24,000 nt of DNA from Thiobacillaceae bacterium (GTDB lineage Bacteria > Pseudomonadota > Gammaproteobacteria > Burkholderiales > Thiobacillaceae): assembly GCA_035635075.1 (NCBI GenBank), contig DASQBT010000130.1, forward strand, positions 20,873-44,872. The letters run 5' to 3'. A program made the translations under genes and the position numbers. The notes under the pieces were generated by a model, which saw nothing but the letters and a program-made list of their open reading frames with translations, was not told the origin of the DNA and searched no databases. Positions 8,164-16,628 of the stretch are shown in pieces (the first letter of the stretch is position 1; every line of letters begins with the position of its first letter).

Positions 8164-9132
8164 TCAGCCCGATGTGGTCTGCTTGCGCGTCACCCACAAG
8201 CTGGCGAACATGAACGTCGCGATGATCAGGGCGACGACCCCGAGCGACAAGCCCACCGGGATCTTGTAAGAGTCAACGATCAGCATCTTGGCGCCCACGA
8301 ACACCAGCACCATCGCCAAGCCGTATTTCAGCAGATGGAAACGGTCGGCCAGGCCGGCCAGCATGAAATACATCGCGCGCAGGCCAAGGATGGCAAAGAT
8401 GTTGGACGTGAACACGATGAAGGGGTCGGTGGTGATGGCGAAAATCGCCGGGATCGAATCGACCGCGAAGATCACGTCGGACAGTTCGATCATGACCAGC
8501 ACCAGGAACAGCGGCGTGAACAGGCGCACACCGTTTTCGAGCACCCAGAATTTCTCGCCGCGGTAGTCCGGTGTCAGCGGCAGATGACGCTTGATCCAGT
8601 TGAGCAGCGGATTCTTGCCGAGATCCGGCTCCGCCTCGGCGGCCGTCAGCATCTTGACACCGGTGACGACGAGGAAGGCGCCGAATACATAGAGAATCCA
8701 GTGGAATTCCTGCACCAGCCATGCACCCGCCAGAATCATCACGGCACGCATCGCGATCGCCCCGATCACGCCGTAGATCAGCACGCGCCGCTGGTATTCA
8801 GCCGGCACGGCGAAAAAGCCGAAAATCATCAGGAAGACGAAGATGTTGTCGACCGCGAGCGCCTTCTCGATCAAGTAGCCGGTCAGGAACTCCATCGCCT
8901 TGGCGTCGGCCACTTCACTGCCATGCGCCCCCTTGAGATTCCACCACAGCCCGAGGTTGAACAGCATGGCGAGCGAGACCCACACGACCGACCACCCTGC
9001 CGCCTCGCGGAAGCTGACCTTACGCGCCTTGTTGCCGCCGACCAGAAACAGGTCAACGGCCAGCATCACCAGCACGAAGCCAATGAACGTCGCCCACATC
9101 CAGAGCTCGCCTATATGCAGTGAAGCGTCCAT
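8164..9132 (-). CDS. TerC/Alx family integral membrane protein
   Basis: Multi-TM protein with the duplicated TerC motifs IEKALAVDNIFVF and ELSDVIFAVDSIPAIFAIT. GAGGA (9142..9138) lies 5 nt upstream of the ATG. It sits only 25 bp downstream of htpX. Confidence 0.9.
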   Translation of the reverse strand: MDASLHIGELWMWATFIGFVLVMLAVDLFLVGGNKARKVSFREAAGWSVVWVSLAMLFNLGLWWNLKGAHGSEVADAKAMEFLTGYLIEKALAVDNIFVFLMIFGFFAVPAEYQRRVLIYGVIGAIAMRAVMILAGAWLVQEFHWILYVFGAFLVVTGVKMLTAAEAEPDLGKNPLLNWIKRHLPLTPDYRGEKFWVLENGVRLFTPLFLVLVMIELSDVIFAVDSIPAIFAITTDPFIVFTSNIFAILGLRAMYFMLAGLADRFHLLKYGLAMVLVFVGAKMLIVDSYKIPVGLSLGVVALIIATFMFASLWVTRKQTTSG

Positions 9133-9157
9133 GTTTTTCCTCGGGCCGGGTTAAGGC

Positions 9158-10033
9158 TTACGGCACCGCACGCAGGGCGGCAATGCGCTCTTCCAGCGGC
9201 GGATGCGTCATGAACAGGCGCCTGATCCCGCCGCCGCCACCGCCAGCGATCCCGAACGCCGCCATCTTGTCGGGCAGCGCATGCGGATGCAGACTGTTCA
9301 GGCGTTCCAACGCGGAAATCATGGCGCCCTTGCCGGCCAGGCTGGCGCCGCCGCGGTCGGCGCGGAATTCGCGCTGGCGCGAGAACCACATGACGATGAT
9401 CGACGCGAGGATGCCCAGCACCAATTCCGCCACGATCATGGTGACGAAGAATGCCGGGCCGTGGCCGTTCTCGTTCTTGAACACCACGCGGTCGACGGTG
9501 TGGCCGATCACGCGCGAGAGGAACATCACGAAGGTGTTCACCACGCCCTGGATCAGCGCCAGCGTCACCATGTCGCCGTTGGCGACATGGGCGACTTCGT
9601 GGCCGACCACCGCCCCCGCTTCCTGCCGCGTCATGGTGTTCAGAAGGCCGGACGACACCGCGACCAGCGCCTTGTTCTTGTTCATGCCGGTGGCGAAGGC
9701 GTTGGCTTCTGGCGAATCGAAAATGCCGACTTCGGGCACGCCGATGCCGGCGTCCGCTGCATATTTCTTCACGGTCTCAACCAGCCAGAACTCGGTCGAG
9801 TTCGATGGCGTCTCGATGACGCGCACACCCATCGATTTCTTTGCCATCCACTTCGAGATCGCCAGCGAGATGAGCGAGCCGCCGAAGCCCATGATTGCGG
9901 CAAAGATCAGGAGCGAGTTGAGGTTCAGCCCATTGGCGGTGAGGTAGGGCTCGATGCCCAGAATGCGCATGGTGATCGACAGCACCAGCACAATGGCCAG
10001 GTTGGTGGCGAGAAATAGCACGATTCGTTTCAC
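9158..10033 (-). CDS. htpX: Membrane zinc metalloprotease HtpX
   Basis: [10 protein letters not shown] (HExxH) and [14 protein letters not shown] motifs. Collinear with E. coli HtpX along its length. ORF track starts at 10081. I use GTG 10033 ([13 protein letters not shown], matching MMRIALFLLTNLA of E. coli) with AGGAG (10044..10040) 6 nt upstream, which gives 291 aa. Confidence 0.9.
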   Translation of the reverse strand: MKRIVLFLATNLAIVLVLSITMRILGIEPYLTANGLNLNSLLIFAAIMGFGGSLISLAISKWMAKKSMGVRVIETPSNSTEFWLVETVKKYAADAGIGVPEVGIFDSPEANAFATGMNKNKALVAVSSGLLNTMTRQEAGAVVGHEVAHVANGDMVTLALIQGVVNTFVMFLSRVIGHTVDRVVFKNENGHGPAFFVTMIVAELVLGILASIIVMWFSRQREFRADRGGASLAGKGAMISALERLNSLHPHALPDKMAAFGIAGGGGGGIRRLFMTHPPLEERIAALRAVP

Positions 10034-10170
10034 GGTGAACTCCTGAATGCGAATGTTGAAAAGGCGCCGCCGCGATCGCAATGCAAATCTGTACCATGGC
10101 GGCGAACGTACTTCATGCGTTCATTTTAAGGACGAAATAACTAAATAAAAGTCGAATATATGTGGCCTAT

Positions 10171-10189
10171 AATTCGATTAATACGAATT
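10171..10189. promoter_or_regulatory. LysR-type dyad (T-N11-A box) in front of the NhaR-like regulator gene
   Basis: AATTCG-ATTAATA-CGAATT is a perfect 6-bp inverted repeat containing TCGATTAATACGA (T-N11-A). It lies 8 nt upstream of ATG 10197 in the AT-rich htpX/LysR divergent spacer. Protein binding is inferred, not shown. Confidence 0.4.
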
Positions 10190-10196
10190 GTTGGCG

Positions 10197-11087
10197 ATGA
10201 ATCTCAAACACCTGCACTACTTCTGGACCGTCGCACGCACCGGCAGCGTCGCCACCGCTGCTGAGCGCTTGCATCTGACGCCACAAACAGTCAGCGCCCA
10301 GATCAAGCTGCTGGAGAATGCATTGGGTACACCCCTGTTCCAGGCGGCCGGGCGCGGCCTCAAACTCACCGAGGCGGGGCAGCTTGCGTTAGGGTATGCG
10401 GACGAAATCTTTTCTCTCAGCAATGCGCTTGAAGCGATGCTGGGTCGGCAGCACGGCGCCCCGAGCCTGCCGTTCCGGGTCGGCATCTCCGACGCGGTGC
10501 CCAAGAACATTGCTTATCGTCTGCTGGCTCCGGCAACCGAATTGACGGAGCCGGTGCGACTGATTTGCCAGGAGGGCAAGCTGGACCGCCTGCTGGCGGA
10601 ACTGGCGTTGCACCGGCTGGACATGGTGGTGGCCGACCGCCCACTGCCTAGCGGGGTGCGGGTGCGTGGCTACAACCACAAGCTGGGGGAGAGTGATGTC
10701 GCGTTCTTTGCCGCGCCCGAGCTCGCGCGCGACTGCGGTGAATTTCCGGTCTGCCTCAACGACAAGCCCCTGCTTCTGCCTGGGGAGGACTCCACCGCGC
10801 GCGGCCGTCTGGAACAGTGGCTGCAGGCCGAGCGCTTGAATCCGCGTATCGTGGGGGAGTTCGATGACGGCGCCCTGATGAAGGCCTTCGGTCAAGCAGG
10901 TCATGGCATCTTTCCGGCACCGGTGGTGCTTGCCGCCGAGGTGGCGGCACAGTATGGCGTGCGCGAAGTGGGGCGCACGGGCATGGTGCGCGAGGCCTTC
11001 TATGCAATAACTGGCGAACGACGCATCACCCATCCGGCGGTACGCACCGTCACCGAAGCAGCTCGGGACAGCCTGTTTTCAGGCTGA
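10197..11087 (+). CDS. LysR-family transcriptional regulator, NhaR-like subfamily
   Basis: N-terminal HTH MNLKHLHYFWTVARTGSVATAAERLHLTPQTVSAQIKLLE resembles E. coli NhaR ([37 protein letters not shown]). The ORF-track start at 10188 is a TTG, so the ATG at 10197 is preferred. Confidence 0.85.
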   Translation: MNLKHLHYFWTVARTGSVATAAERLHLTPQTVSAQIKLLENALGTPLFQAAGRGLKLTEAGQLALGYADEIFSLSNALEAMLGRQHGAPSLPFRVGISDAVPKNIAYRLLAPATELTEPVRLICQEGKLDRLLAELALHRLDMVVADRPLPSGVRVRGYNHKLGESDVAFFAAPELARDCGEFPVCLNDKPLLLPGEDSTARGRLEQWLQAERLNPRIVGEFDDGALMKAFGQAGHGIFPAPVVLAAEVAAQYGVREVGRTGMVREAFYAITGERRITHPAVRTVTEAARDSLFSG

Positions 11088-11206
11088 GCGCGTTCCCCGC
11101 GAATCGGCGCTGCCGTCTTGCGGCCTAGACTTGCGTACGCAGGTTGGTCTGCTAGCCAGTCCCCGCTGCCGTGCCTTCGGCAAACGTGATGGAAATTGCA
11201 GGCACT

Positions 11207-13564
11207 TCACCGCGTCAGCCCCGCATAGAGGAGCGGAAGCTTTTCCGGAAGCCGTTGCACATGATCGACCACCATGTAGTTCTTCTGCCCGAAGATGCGC
11301 GAGACGTAGTTGTCGGCGCGCGGATCAAGGCTCATGCAATAGGTTATGACGCCGTTGCGGGCAACTTCCTCCACCGCTTTCTTGGTGTCGTAGCGCAGGT
11401 ACTGCGGGTCTCGCACGTCGATGTCAGCCGGCTCGCCGTCAGTGATGACGATCAGCAGTCTCTTGGCCGAGCGCTGCAGTTTCAGGTGATGCCCGGCGTG
11501 GCGTATCGCCGCACCCATGCGGGTTGAGAGCTGGCCGGTCATGCCGGCGAGCTTGGCCTTGGGTTCTTCGTCCCAATGCTGGTCAAAGTCCTTGAAGCGG
11601 TAGTACTCGACATCGTGGCGGCCGTCCGAGCAGAAACCATGGATGGCGAACGGATCGCCGACCTTGTTGATCGCGTCGGCGAGCAACACGCAGGCTTGCT
11701 GGGTAAGCTCGCGCACCGAGTACTCCTGATCCTGAACTTTTTCATTGGTCGATTCGGACAAGTCGAGCAGCACCAGGATGGAGAAGTCGCGCGTTTTCCT
11801 CACCGAACGCATCATGATGCGCGGGTCGGGCTGGTTGCCCAGCCGGATGTCGATAAAGCTGGCGATCGCCGCGTTGATGTCGATTTCGTCGCCGTCCTCC
11901 AGCTTGCGGATGCGCTGCACGCCCTGCGGCTGCATGGCGTCGAGCAGGAATTTCATGCGGTGGATCTCGCGCCTGTACTTGGCAGTGATCTCGTCGATCA
12001 CCTGCAGGTCGCCCGCCTTGACGCGCTTTTCCTGCACCGTTGCCCAGGCGGGTCGCTCAAGCTGGATCTGGTAATCCCACTCCGAATAGTGGAAGGGATC
12101 GGACATCGGCTCCTTGCCTTCCAGCTCGTTGAAAGACTTACCGCCGTTTTCGTCGCCGATATTCTCGTAGGGGTACAGCTCGGTGCCGAGCACCCAGATT
12201 TCCTCGGCATCGTCGCCGGCAGTTTCGACGTCGATCTCATTCGCCATTTCCATGACGTTGACGTATTTGCGCACCTGCTTGACAGGTTCGTACCCGGCGG
12301 TGGCGGCCTTGTCGAAATCGAATTCCTCGAATTCCCAGAAATAGCGGTTGTCGTCGCGGTAGGGCGCGGTGAGGATGTCGGTGCGCGGATTGAACGGGAT
12401 TCTCTTTTGCGCGAGGCTGTGCGAGAGCGCAACGCCGATTTCCCACGAGAGCTTGTGCGACCCGAGCCTGTCTTGCGCGGCCGTGAACAGCGCGCGGCCT
12501 TCCTTGATCCAAAGGTCATCGTCGACGTAGGTTTCGTCCAGCAGGGCACGCGCCAGGCGGTTGAGGTAGTCACCCACGCTTGCGTTCATGACCGGCGTGG
12601 CGGTGTGAAACTGCGCCCACATCTGCTTCAGGCCGGGAAAGCGGCGGATCGACATGGCTTCGACTCGCGCATCCTCGATCGCCGAAATCACCGCCATTTG
12701 CAGCGGGTTAAGTGCTTCAGCGGAAATCGGCTCTTTCGTTTCAACTACGTGCGCGGCGCAGTGCGCGGCGGTGGCGCGATAGAGTTCAAGGCCGCTGACC
12801 GGATCGCGCCCCTCAGGCGCAAAGTCGTCGAAGGCGTCGGGCAGGTGCAGCAGGTAATCCTCGATATAAGGCTTGTAGCCTTCGCGCAATTCGAAATCGC
12901 CGGAGGTCGGGCGCATGAAGAAGTCGCGCGCCCAGAGCGCCCGCAGATACATGTTGATCCGGCGCTGCACGTCCACCAAGAGCGTGCCCTTGCGCTCCTT
13001 CTGCAGCATGGCCAGCGACTCTTTCGATTCGAGGCCGAAGTACTTGATCTGCTCTTCATAGCTGGTGCGGTGGGCATGCGCGCCCCACAGGGCCCAGCGG
13101 CGCAGGCCGCCCAGCGTGAGGTGCTGGAACAGCACCTCCAGCTTGTCGAGCATGGGCCGCACGCCGCGTGGTGCCTGTGCGATCAGGGTATTGATGAACT
13201 TCAGGTAGTTGATGAAAAGTTGCGCGTCGCCCAGGCGGTTGGCCGCCGTCGGCGCGGTGGCAAGCAACAGTTCGATCACCGCGCCCGAGGTCTTGGATGC
13301 CAGCAGCAGCGAAGCTGTCGCCAGCTCGCCGACGACGTCCTCGCCGACCTCCTTGGCCACGCGCGGCGCTTCCTGAATCCAGGTCTCCACCAGCGAATCG
13401 CCGCGGCCCAGGCCACGTATGGCCGACACGCCCTTCAGGTAATTGTCCAGGCCGCGCGGCGAGAACACCTTGGTGGCATCGTGCCAGGCCGCGTTCAATG
13501 CAGCCCGGCTGTGCTCGGACAGGTCTTCCAGCAGTTCGGCGTAGTCAGCGAGATTGATCGACAT
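11207..13564 (-). CDS. cbbO: RuBisCO activase adaptor subunit CbbO (von Willebrand factor A domain protein)
   Basis: 785 aa, located directly downstream of cbbQ. C-terminal vWA domain with MIDAS motif VLLDLSESTN. Size and position are canonical for cbbLSQO clusters. Confidence 0.9.
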   Translation of the reverse strand: MSINLADYAELLEDLSEHSRAALNAAWHDATKVFSPRGLDNYLKGVSAIRGLGRGDSLVETWIQEAPRVAKEVGEDVVGELATASLLLASKTSGAVIELLLATAPTAANRLGDAQLFINYLKFINTLIAQAPRGVRPMLDKLEVLFQHLTLGGLRRWALWGAHAHRTSYEEQIKYFGLESKESLAMLQKERKGTLLVDVQRRINMYLRALWARDFFMRPTSGDFELREGYKPYIEDYLLHLPDAFDDFAPEGRDPVSGLELYRATAAHCAAHVVETKEPISAEALNPLQMAVISAIEDARVEAMSIRRFPGLKQMWAQFHTATPVMNASVGDYLNRLARALLDETYVDDDLWIKEGRALFTAAQDRLGSHKLSWEIGVALSHSLAQKRIPFNPRTDILTAPYRDDNRYFWEFEEFDFDKAATAGYEPVKQVRKYVNVMEMANEIDVETAGDDAEEIWVLGTELYPYENIGDENGGKSFNELEGKEPMSDPFHYSEWDYQIQLERPAWATVQEKRVKAGDLQVIDEITAKYRREIHRMKFLLDAMQPQGVQRIRKLEDGDEIDINAAIASFIDIRLGNQPDPRIMMRSVRKTRDFSILVLLDLSESTNEKVQDQEYSVRELTQQACVLLADAINKVGDPFAIHGFCSDGRHDVEYYRFKDFDQHWDEEPKAKLAGMTGQLSTRMGAAIRHAGHHLKLQRSAKRLLIVITDGEPADIDVRDPQYLRYDTKKAVEEVARNGVITYCMSLDPRADNYVSRIFGQKNYMVVDHVQRLPEKLPLLYAGLTR

Positions 13565-13584
13565 GGTCTTGGAAGGCGTTAGGA

Positions 13585-13649
13585 GTGAGGTGTCAGGCGT
13601 GAGGGGGTGTTCGGTTTTACGCCGTGCCCCTTTACCCCTTACACCTCAC
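13585..13649 (-). other. Long imperfect hairpin in the cbbQ-cbbO intergenic spacer
   Basis: Outer arms GTGAGGTGT (13585..13593) and ACACCTCAC (13641..13649) form a perfect 9-bp pairing. Between them lie G-runs (GAGGGGG) and C-runs (CCCCTTTACCCC) that can extend the pairing. The element fills most of the 89-bp spacer. Confidence 0.5.
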
Positions 13650-13653
13650 GCAT

Positions 13654-14457
13654 TCAAAAGAACGTCGATACCGCCGCGTCCAGCGCATCGCGCATGTCGG
13701 GGTCGTCAGTGATCGGACGCACCAGCGCGACACGGCAGGCGGCCTGGGGCACGACGCCCTTGGCAATCAGCGAGCCGGCGTAGATCAGCATGCGGGTGGA
13801 CAGTCCTTCATCGAGGCCATGGCCTTTGAGGTTGCGTGAACGCTCGGCAATGGACACCAGCTTGCCCGCCACGTCGGTGTCAATTGCGGCTTCGTGGGCA
13901 ACGATCTCGGTTTCGATGGCGTGCTCAGGATAGGTGAAGTCCAGGGCGCCGAAACGCTGCTTGGTGGACTGTTTCAGGTCCTTCATCAAGGACTGGTAGC
14001 CCGGGTTGTAGGAAATCACAATCTGGAAATCCGGGTGTGCGGAGACCAACTCGCCCTTCTTTTCCAGTGGCAGGACACGGCGGTTGTCGGTCAAGGGGTG
14101 AATAACCACGGTGGTATCCTGGCGCGCTTCAACCACTTCATCCAGATAGCAAATCGCCCCATGACGCGCGGCAAGCGCGAGTGGCCCGTCCTGCCACTGG
14201 GTGCCCTGGGCGGAGAGGAGGAAGCGGCCCACCAGGTCGGATGCCGTCATGTCTTCGTTGCAGGCCACCGTGATCAGCGGCTTGTCGAGCTTCCAGGCCA
14301 TGTATTCGACGAAGCGCGTCTTGCCGCAGCCGGTGGGGCCTTTCAACATCATGGGCATGCGCACCGAATAGGCGGCTTGATAAAGTTCTACCTCGTCGGC
14401 AACGGCGCGGTAATACGGTTCCTTGCTGATGCGGTATTGGTCGATGATGTTAGGCAT
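13654..14457 (-). CDS. cbbQ: RuBisCO activase CbbQ (MoxR-type AAA+ ATPase)
   Basis: Walker A LKGPTGCGKTRF and Walker B ICYLDEVVEA. ORF track starts at GTG 14505. I use ATG 14457 (MPNIIDQYRISKEPYYRAV), which gives the canonical 267 aa. Confidence 0.9.
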   Translation of the reverse strand: MPNIIDQYRISKEPYYRAVADEVELYQAAYSVRMPMMLKGPTGCGKTRFVEYMAWKLDKPLITVACNEDMTASDLVGRFLLSAQGTQWQDGPLALAARHGAICYLDEVVEARQDTTVVIHPLTDNRRVLPLEKKGELVSAHPDFQIVISYNPGYQSLMKDLKQSTKQRFGALDFTYPEHAIETEIVAHEAAIDTDVAGKLVSIAERSRNLKGHGLDEGLSTRMLIYAGSLIAKGVVPQAACRVALVRPITDDPDMRDALDAAVSTFF

Positions 14458-14564
14458 ATTGAATTCGGCTTTCAACTCTTGTGGAGTGAAGGTTTGAAAC
14501 GTCACGCCGCCGGCCTGGCATCGGTTGGCTTCGGGTCACATTCCATCTTTCACGATTGACGAGG

Positions 14565-14607
14565 CAGAAACAAGAAGCCCCCGCGCCCAGCGGGCGACGG
14601 GGGCTTT
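14565..14607 (-). terminator. GC-rich hairpin plus U-rich tail between cbbS and cbbQ (terminator or attenuator candidate)
   Basis: Minus strand: AAGCCCCCG-T-CGCCC-GCT-GGGCG-CGGGGGCTT, giving 9 + 5 bp with one bulge and a 3-nt loop (14606..14575), followed by CTTGTTTCTG. It starts 19 nt after the cbbS stop codon. Confidence 0.55.
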
Positions 14608-14625
14608 ACGGTCTCCCGTCGCGGC

Positions 14626-14982
14626 TTAGACGGTCTTGCCGCGGTAGATCACCATGGCGGTGCCTTGCGACTGGGCGAAGTTGTCATAGCCGACCAGGCG
14701 AACGTGGTTGTTCGGGTTGGCTTTGTGACAGGCTTCGGCCTCGGCCAGGATGCGCTCGACGTCGGTCTCACCGAACATGGGCAGCTTCCACATGTACCAG
14801 TAGTTGTCCATCAAATTCTCGGGCTCGGTGTGCTCGATCGCCGGGTTCCAGCCTTTTTTTACGATGTACTCGACCTGCTTCTTCATTTGCTCGGTACTCA
14901 TGGCAGGCAGATAGGAAAAGGTTTCGAACTTGCGGCTGGCGGGGTCGCTCAGTCGGCTCTTGTAATCCAGCATTTCAGACAT
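14626..14982 (-). CDS. cbbS: RuBisCO small subunit, form IA
   Basis: 118 aa. [23 protein letters not shown] and [14 protein letters not shown] are typical of green-type form IA small subunits. AGGAG (14993..14989) lies 6 nt upstream of the ATG. Confidence 0.95.
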   Translation of the reverse strand: MSEMLDYKSRLSDPASRKFETFSYLPAMSTEQMKKQVEYIVKKGWNPAIEHTEPENLMDNYWYMWKLPMFGETDVERILAEAEACHKANPNNHVRLVGYDNFAQSQGTAMVIYRGKTV

Positions 14983-15042
14983 TTCTTACTCCTGATAATC
15001 GGTTGTAATCCGGCGCACGCCCGGTGCACCGCAATGCGTCTA

Positions 15043-16464
15043 TTACTTATGGGACACGTCCAGCTTGTCGACAGTGTCGAACTCGAACTTGATCTCTTTC
15101 CACGTTTCCATGGCGATCTTCAGTTCGGGCGAGGACTTGGCAGCGTTGGTCAGGATGGCCTTGCCTTCCCTCTCGATCTGCACGCCCTGGTTGCGGGCTT
15201 CCACACAGGCTTCCAACGCCACGCGGTTGGCGGCAGCGCCAGCGGCGTTGCCCCACGGGTGGCCCAGGGTGCCGCCGCCGAACTGCAGGCAGGCGTCGTC
15301 ACCGAAGATGGCGACCAGCGCGGGCATGTGCCACACGTGGATGCCGCCGCTTGCTACCGGGAACACGCCGGGCATCGAACCCCAATCCTGGTCGAAGAAG
15401 ATGCCGCGGCTGCGGTCTTCCTTGATGAAGCTGTCCCGCATGATGTCGATCCAGCCCAGGGTCGCTTCGCGGTCGCCTTCCAGTTTGCCGACGACGGTGC
15501 CGGAGTGCAGATGGTCGCCGCCCGACAGGCGCAGGATCTTGGCCAGCACGCGGAAGTGGATGCCGTGGTGGGGGTTGCGGTCCAGCACGGCATGCATGGC
15601 GCGGTGGATGTGCAGCAGGATGCCGTTGTCGCGGCACCAGTTGGCCAGGCCGGTGTTGGCGCAGAAGCCGCCGGTGATGTAGTCGTGCATGATTATGGGT
15701 GCGCCGATTTCCTTGGCATACTCGGCACGCTTGTACATCTCTTCCGGGGTCGGCGCGGTCACGTTGAGATAGTGGCCCTTGCGCTCGCCGGTCTCGCGTT
15801 CGGCCTTGTGGATAGCTTCCATCACGAAGTCGAAACGCTGGCGCCAACGCATGAAGGGCTGGGAGTTGACGTTCTCGTCGTCCTTGGTCAGGTCCAGGCC
15901 GCCGCGCAGGCACTCGTACACGGCACGGCCGTAGTTCTTGGCGGACAGGCCGAGTTTAGGCTTGATGGTGCAACCCAGCAGGGCGCGGCCGTATTTGTTG
16001 AGCATGTCGCGCTCAACCTGGATGCCGTGGGGCGGACCGCCGCAAGTCTTCACGTAGGCGATGGGGAAGCGCACGTCTTCCAAGCGCAGGGCGCGGATCG
16101 CCTTGAAGCCGAATACGTTGCCCACCAGGGAGGTGAACACGTTCACCACCGAGCCTTCTTCGAACAGGTCGATCGGGTAGGCTACGAAGGCATAGAAGCA
16201 GGTGTCGTCCCCGGGCACGTCTTCAATGCGGTAGGCGCGGCCCTTGTAGTAGTCCAGGTCGGTCAGCAGGTCGGTCCACACCGTGGTCCAGGTGCCGGTG
16301 GAGGATTCGGCGGCCACTGCGGCGGCGGCTTCTTCACGGTCCACACCAGGCTGAGGGGTAATCTTGAAGCAGGCGAGGATGTCGGTATCCAGCGGCGTAT
16401 ATTCCGGCATCCAGTAAGTCTGGCGATATTCCTTTACGCCAGCGTTGTAGGTTTTTACGGCCAT
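15043..16464 (-). CDS. cbbL: RuBisCO large subunit, form IA
   Basis: 473 aa. Active-site regions [21 protein letters not shown] (carbamylated Lys), [16 protein letters not shown] and [23 protein letters not shown] (16476..16471) lies 6 nt upstream of the ATG. Confidence 0.97.
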   Translation of the reverse strand: MAVKTYNAGVKEYRQTYWMPEYTPLDTDILACFKITPQPGVDREEAAAAVAAESSTGTWTTVWTDLLTDLDYYKGRAYRIEDVPGDDTCFYAFVAYPIDLFEEGSVVNVFTSLVGNVFGFKAIRALRLEDVRFPIAYVKTCGGPPHGIQVERDMLNKYGRALLGCTIKPKLGLSAKNYGRAVYECLRGGLDLTKDDENVNSQPFMRWRQRFDFVMEAIHKAERETGERKGHYLNVTAPTPEEMYKRAEYAKEIGAPIIMHDYITGGFCANTGLANWCRDNGILLHIHRAMHAVLDRNPHHGIHFRVLAKILRLSGGDHLHSGTVVGKLEGDREATLGWIDIMRDSFIKEDRSRGIFFDQDWGSMPGVFPVASGGIHVWHMPALVAIFGDDACLQFGGGTLGHPWGNAAGAAANRVALEACVEARNQGVQIEREGKAILTNAAKSSPELKIAMETWKEIKFEFDTVDKLDVSHK

Positions 16465-16628
16465 TGCATTCTCCTTGAATGAAAAGGTGACCCATCCTAG
16501 CCCTGGACAGACAGAGTTGGCGCAGCGCTCTAGACAGTGGCAGGGAGTCTAACCAGCATTTAATATAAACAACAGTCAAAGATTTTGATTATATGCATAA
16601 GTCGCAGCTTATGATTTAATCTTCTTCA
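16465..16628. promoter_or_regulatory. Divergent cbbL/cbbR control region with LysR-type dyads
   Basis: AT-rich right half. TCAAAGATTTTGA (16576..16588) is a dyad that fits both T-N11-A and TNA-N7-TNA. ATAAG-N6-CTTAT sits at 16597..16612. ATTTAAT is repeated at 16558..16564 and 16614..16620. A minus-strand TATAAT is at 16593..16588. I could not assign promoters confidently. Confidence 0.6.

Noticed and set aside
7864-9123. 419-aa plus-strand ORF
   Set aside because: It is entirely antisense to the well-supported terC gene. The product is low-complexity and rich in His, Asp, Arg and Gln, with no motifs. This is the typical long shadow ORF of GC-rich DNA.
9120-10018. 271-275-aa plus-strand ORFs (9120..9947 and 9203..10018)
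   Set aside because: Both are antisense to htpX, which has clear HExxH protease motifs. Their products are low complexity.
10046-10140. Sigma-32 heat-shock promoter for htpX
   Set aside because: There is only a weak CTTAAAA-like element, and a CCGCCAT-like element sits at the wrong spacing (about 21 nt). This is not a credible match to CTTGAAA-N13-15-CCCCATNT.
9133-10196. Possible yybP-ykoY-type riboswitch controlling terC
   Set aside because: The htpX-terC gap is only 25 bp. I also could not find the conserved GGGGAGUAG / UUGACAUA-type segments, as I remember them, in the region upstream of htpX.
11576-13582. 668-aa plus-strand ORF
   Set aside because: It is antisense to cbbO over its full length. 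The composition is Arg/Val/Gly/His-rich and no domain is recognisable, so it is a shadow ORF.
14665-16482. 605-aa plus-strand ORF
   Set aside because: It is antisense to cbbS and cbbL, which are unambiguous, so it is a shadow ORF.
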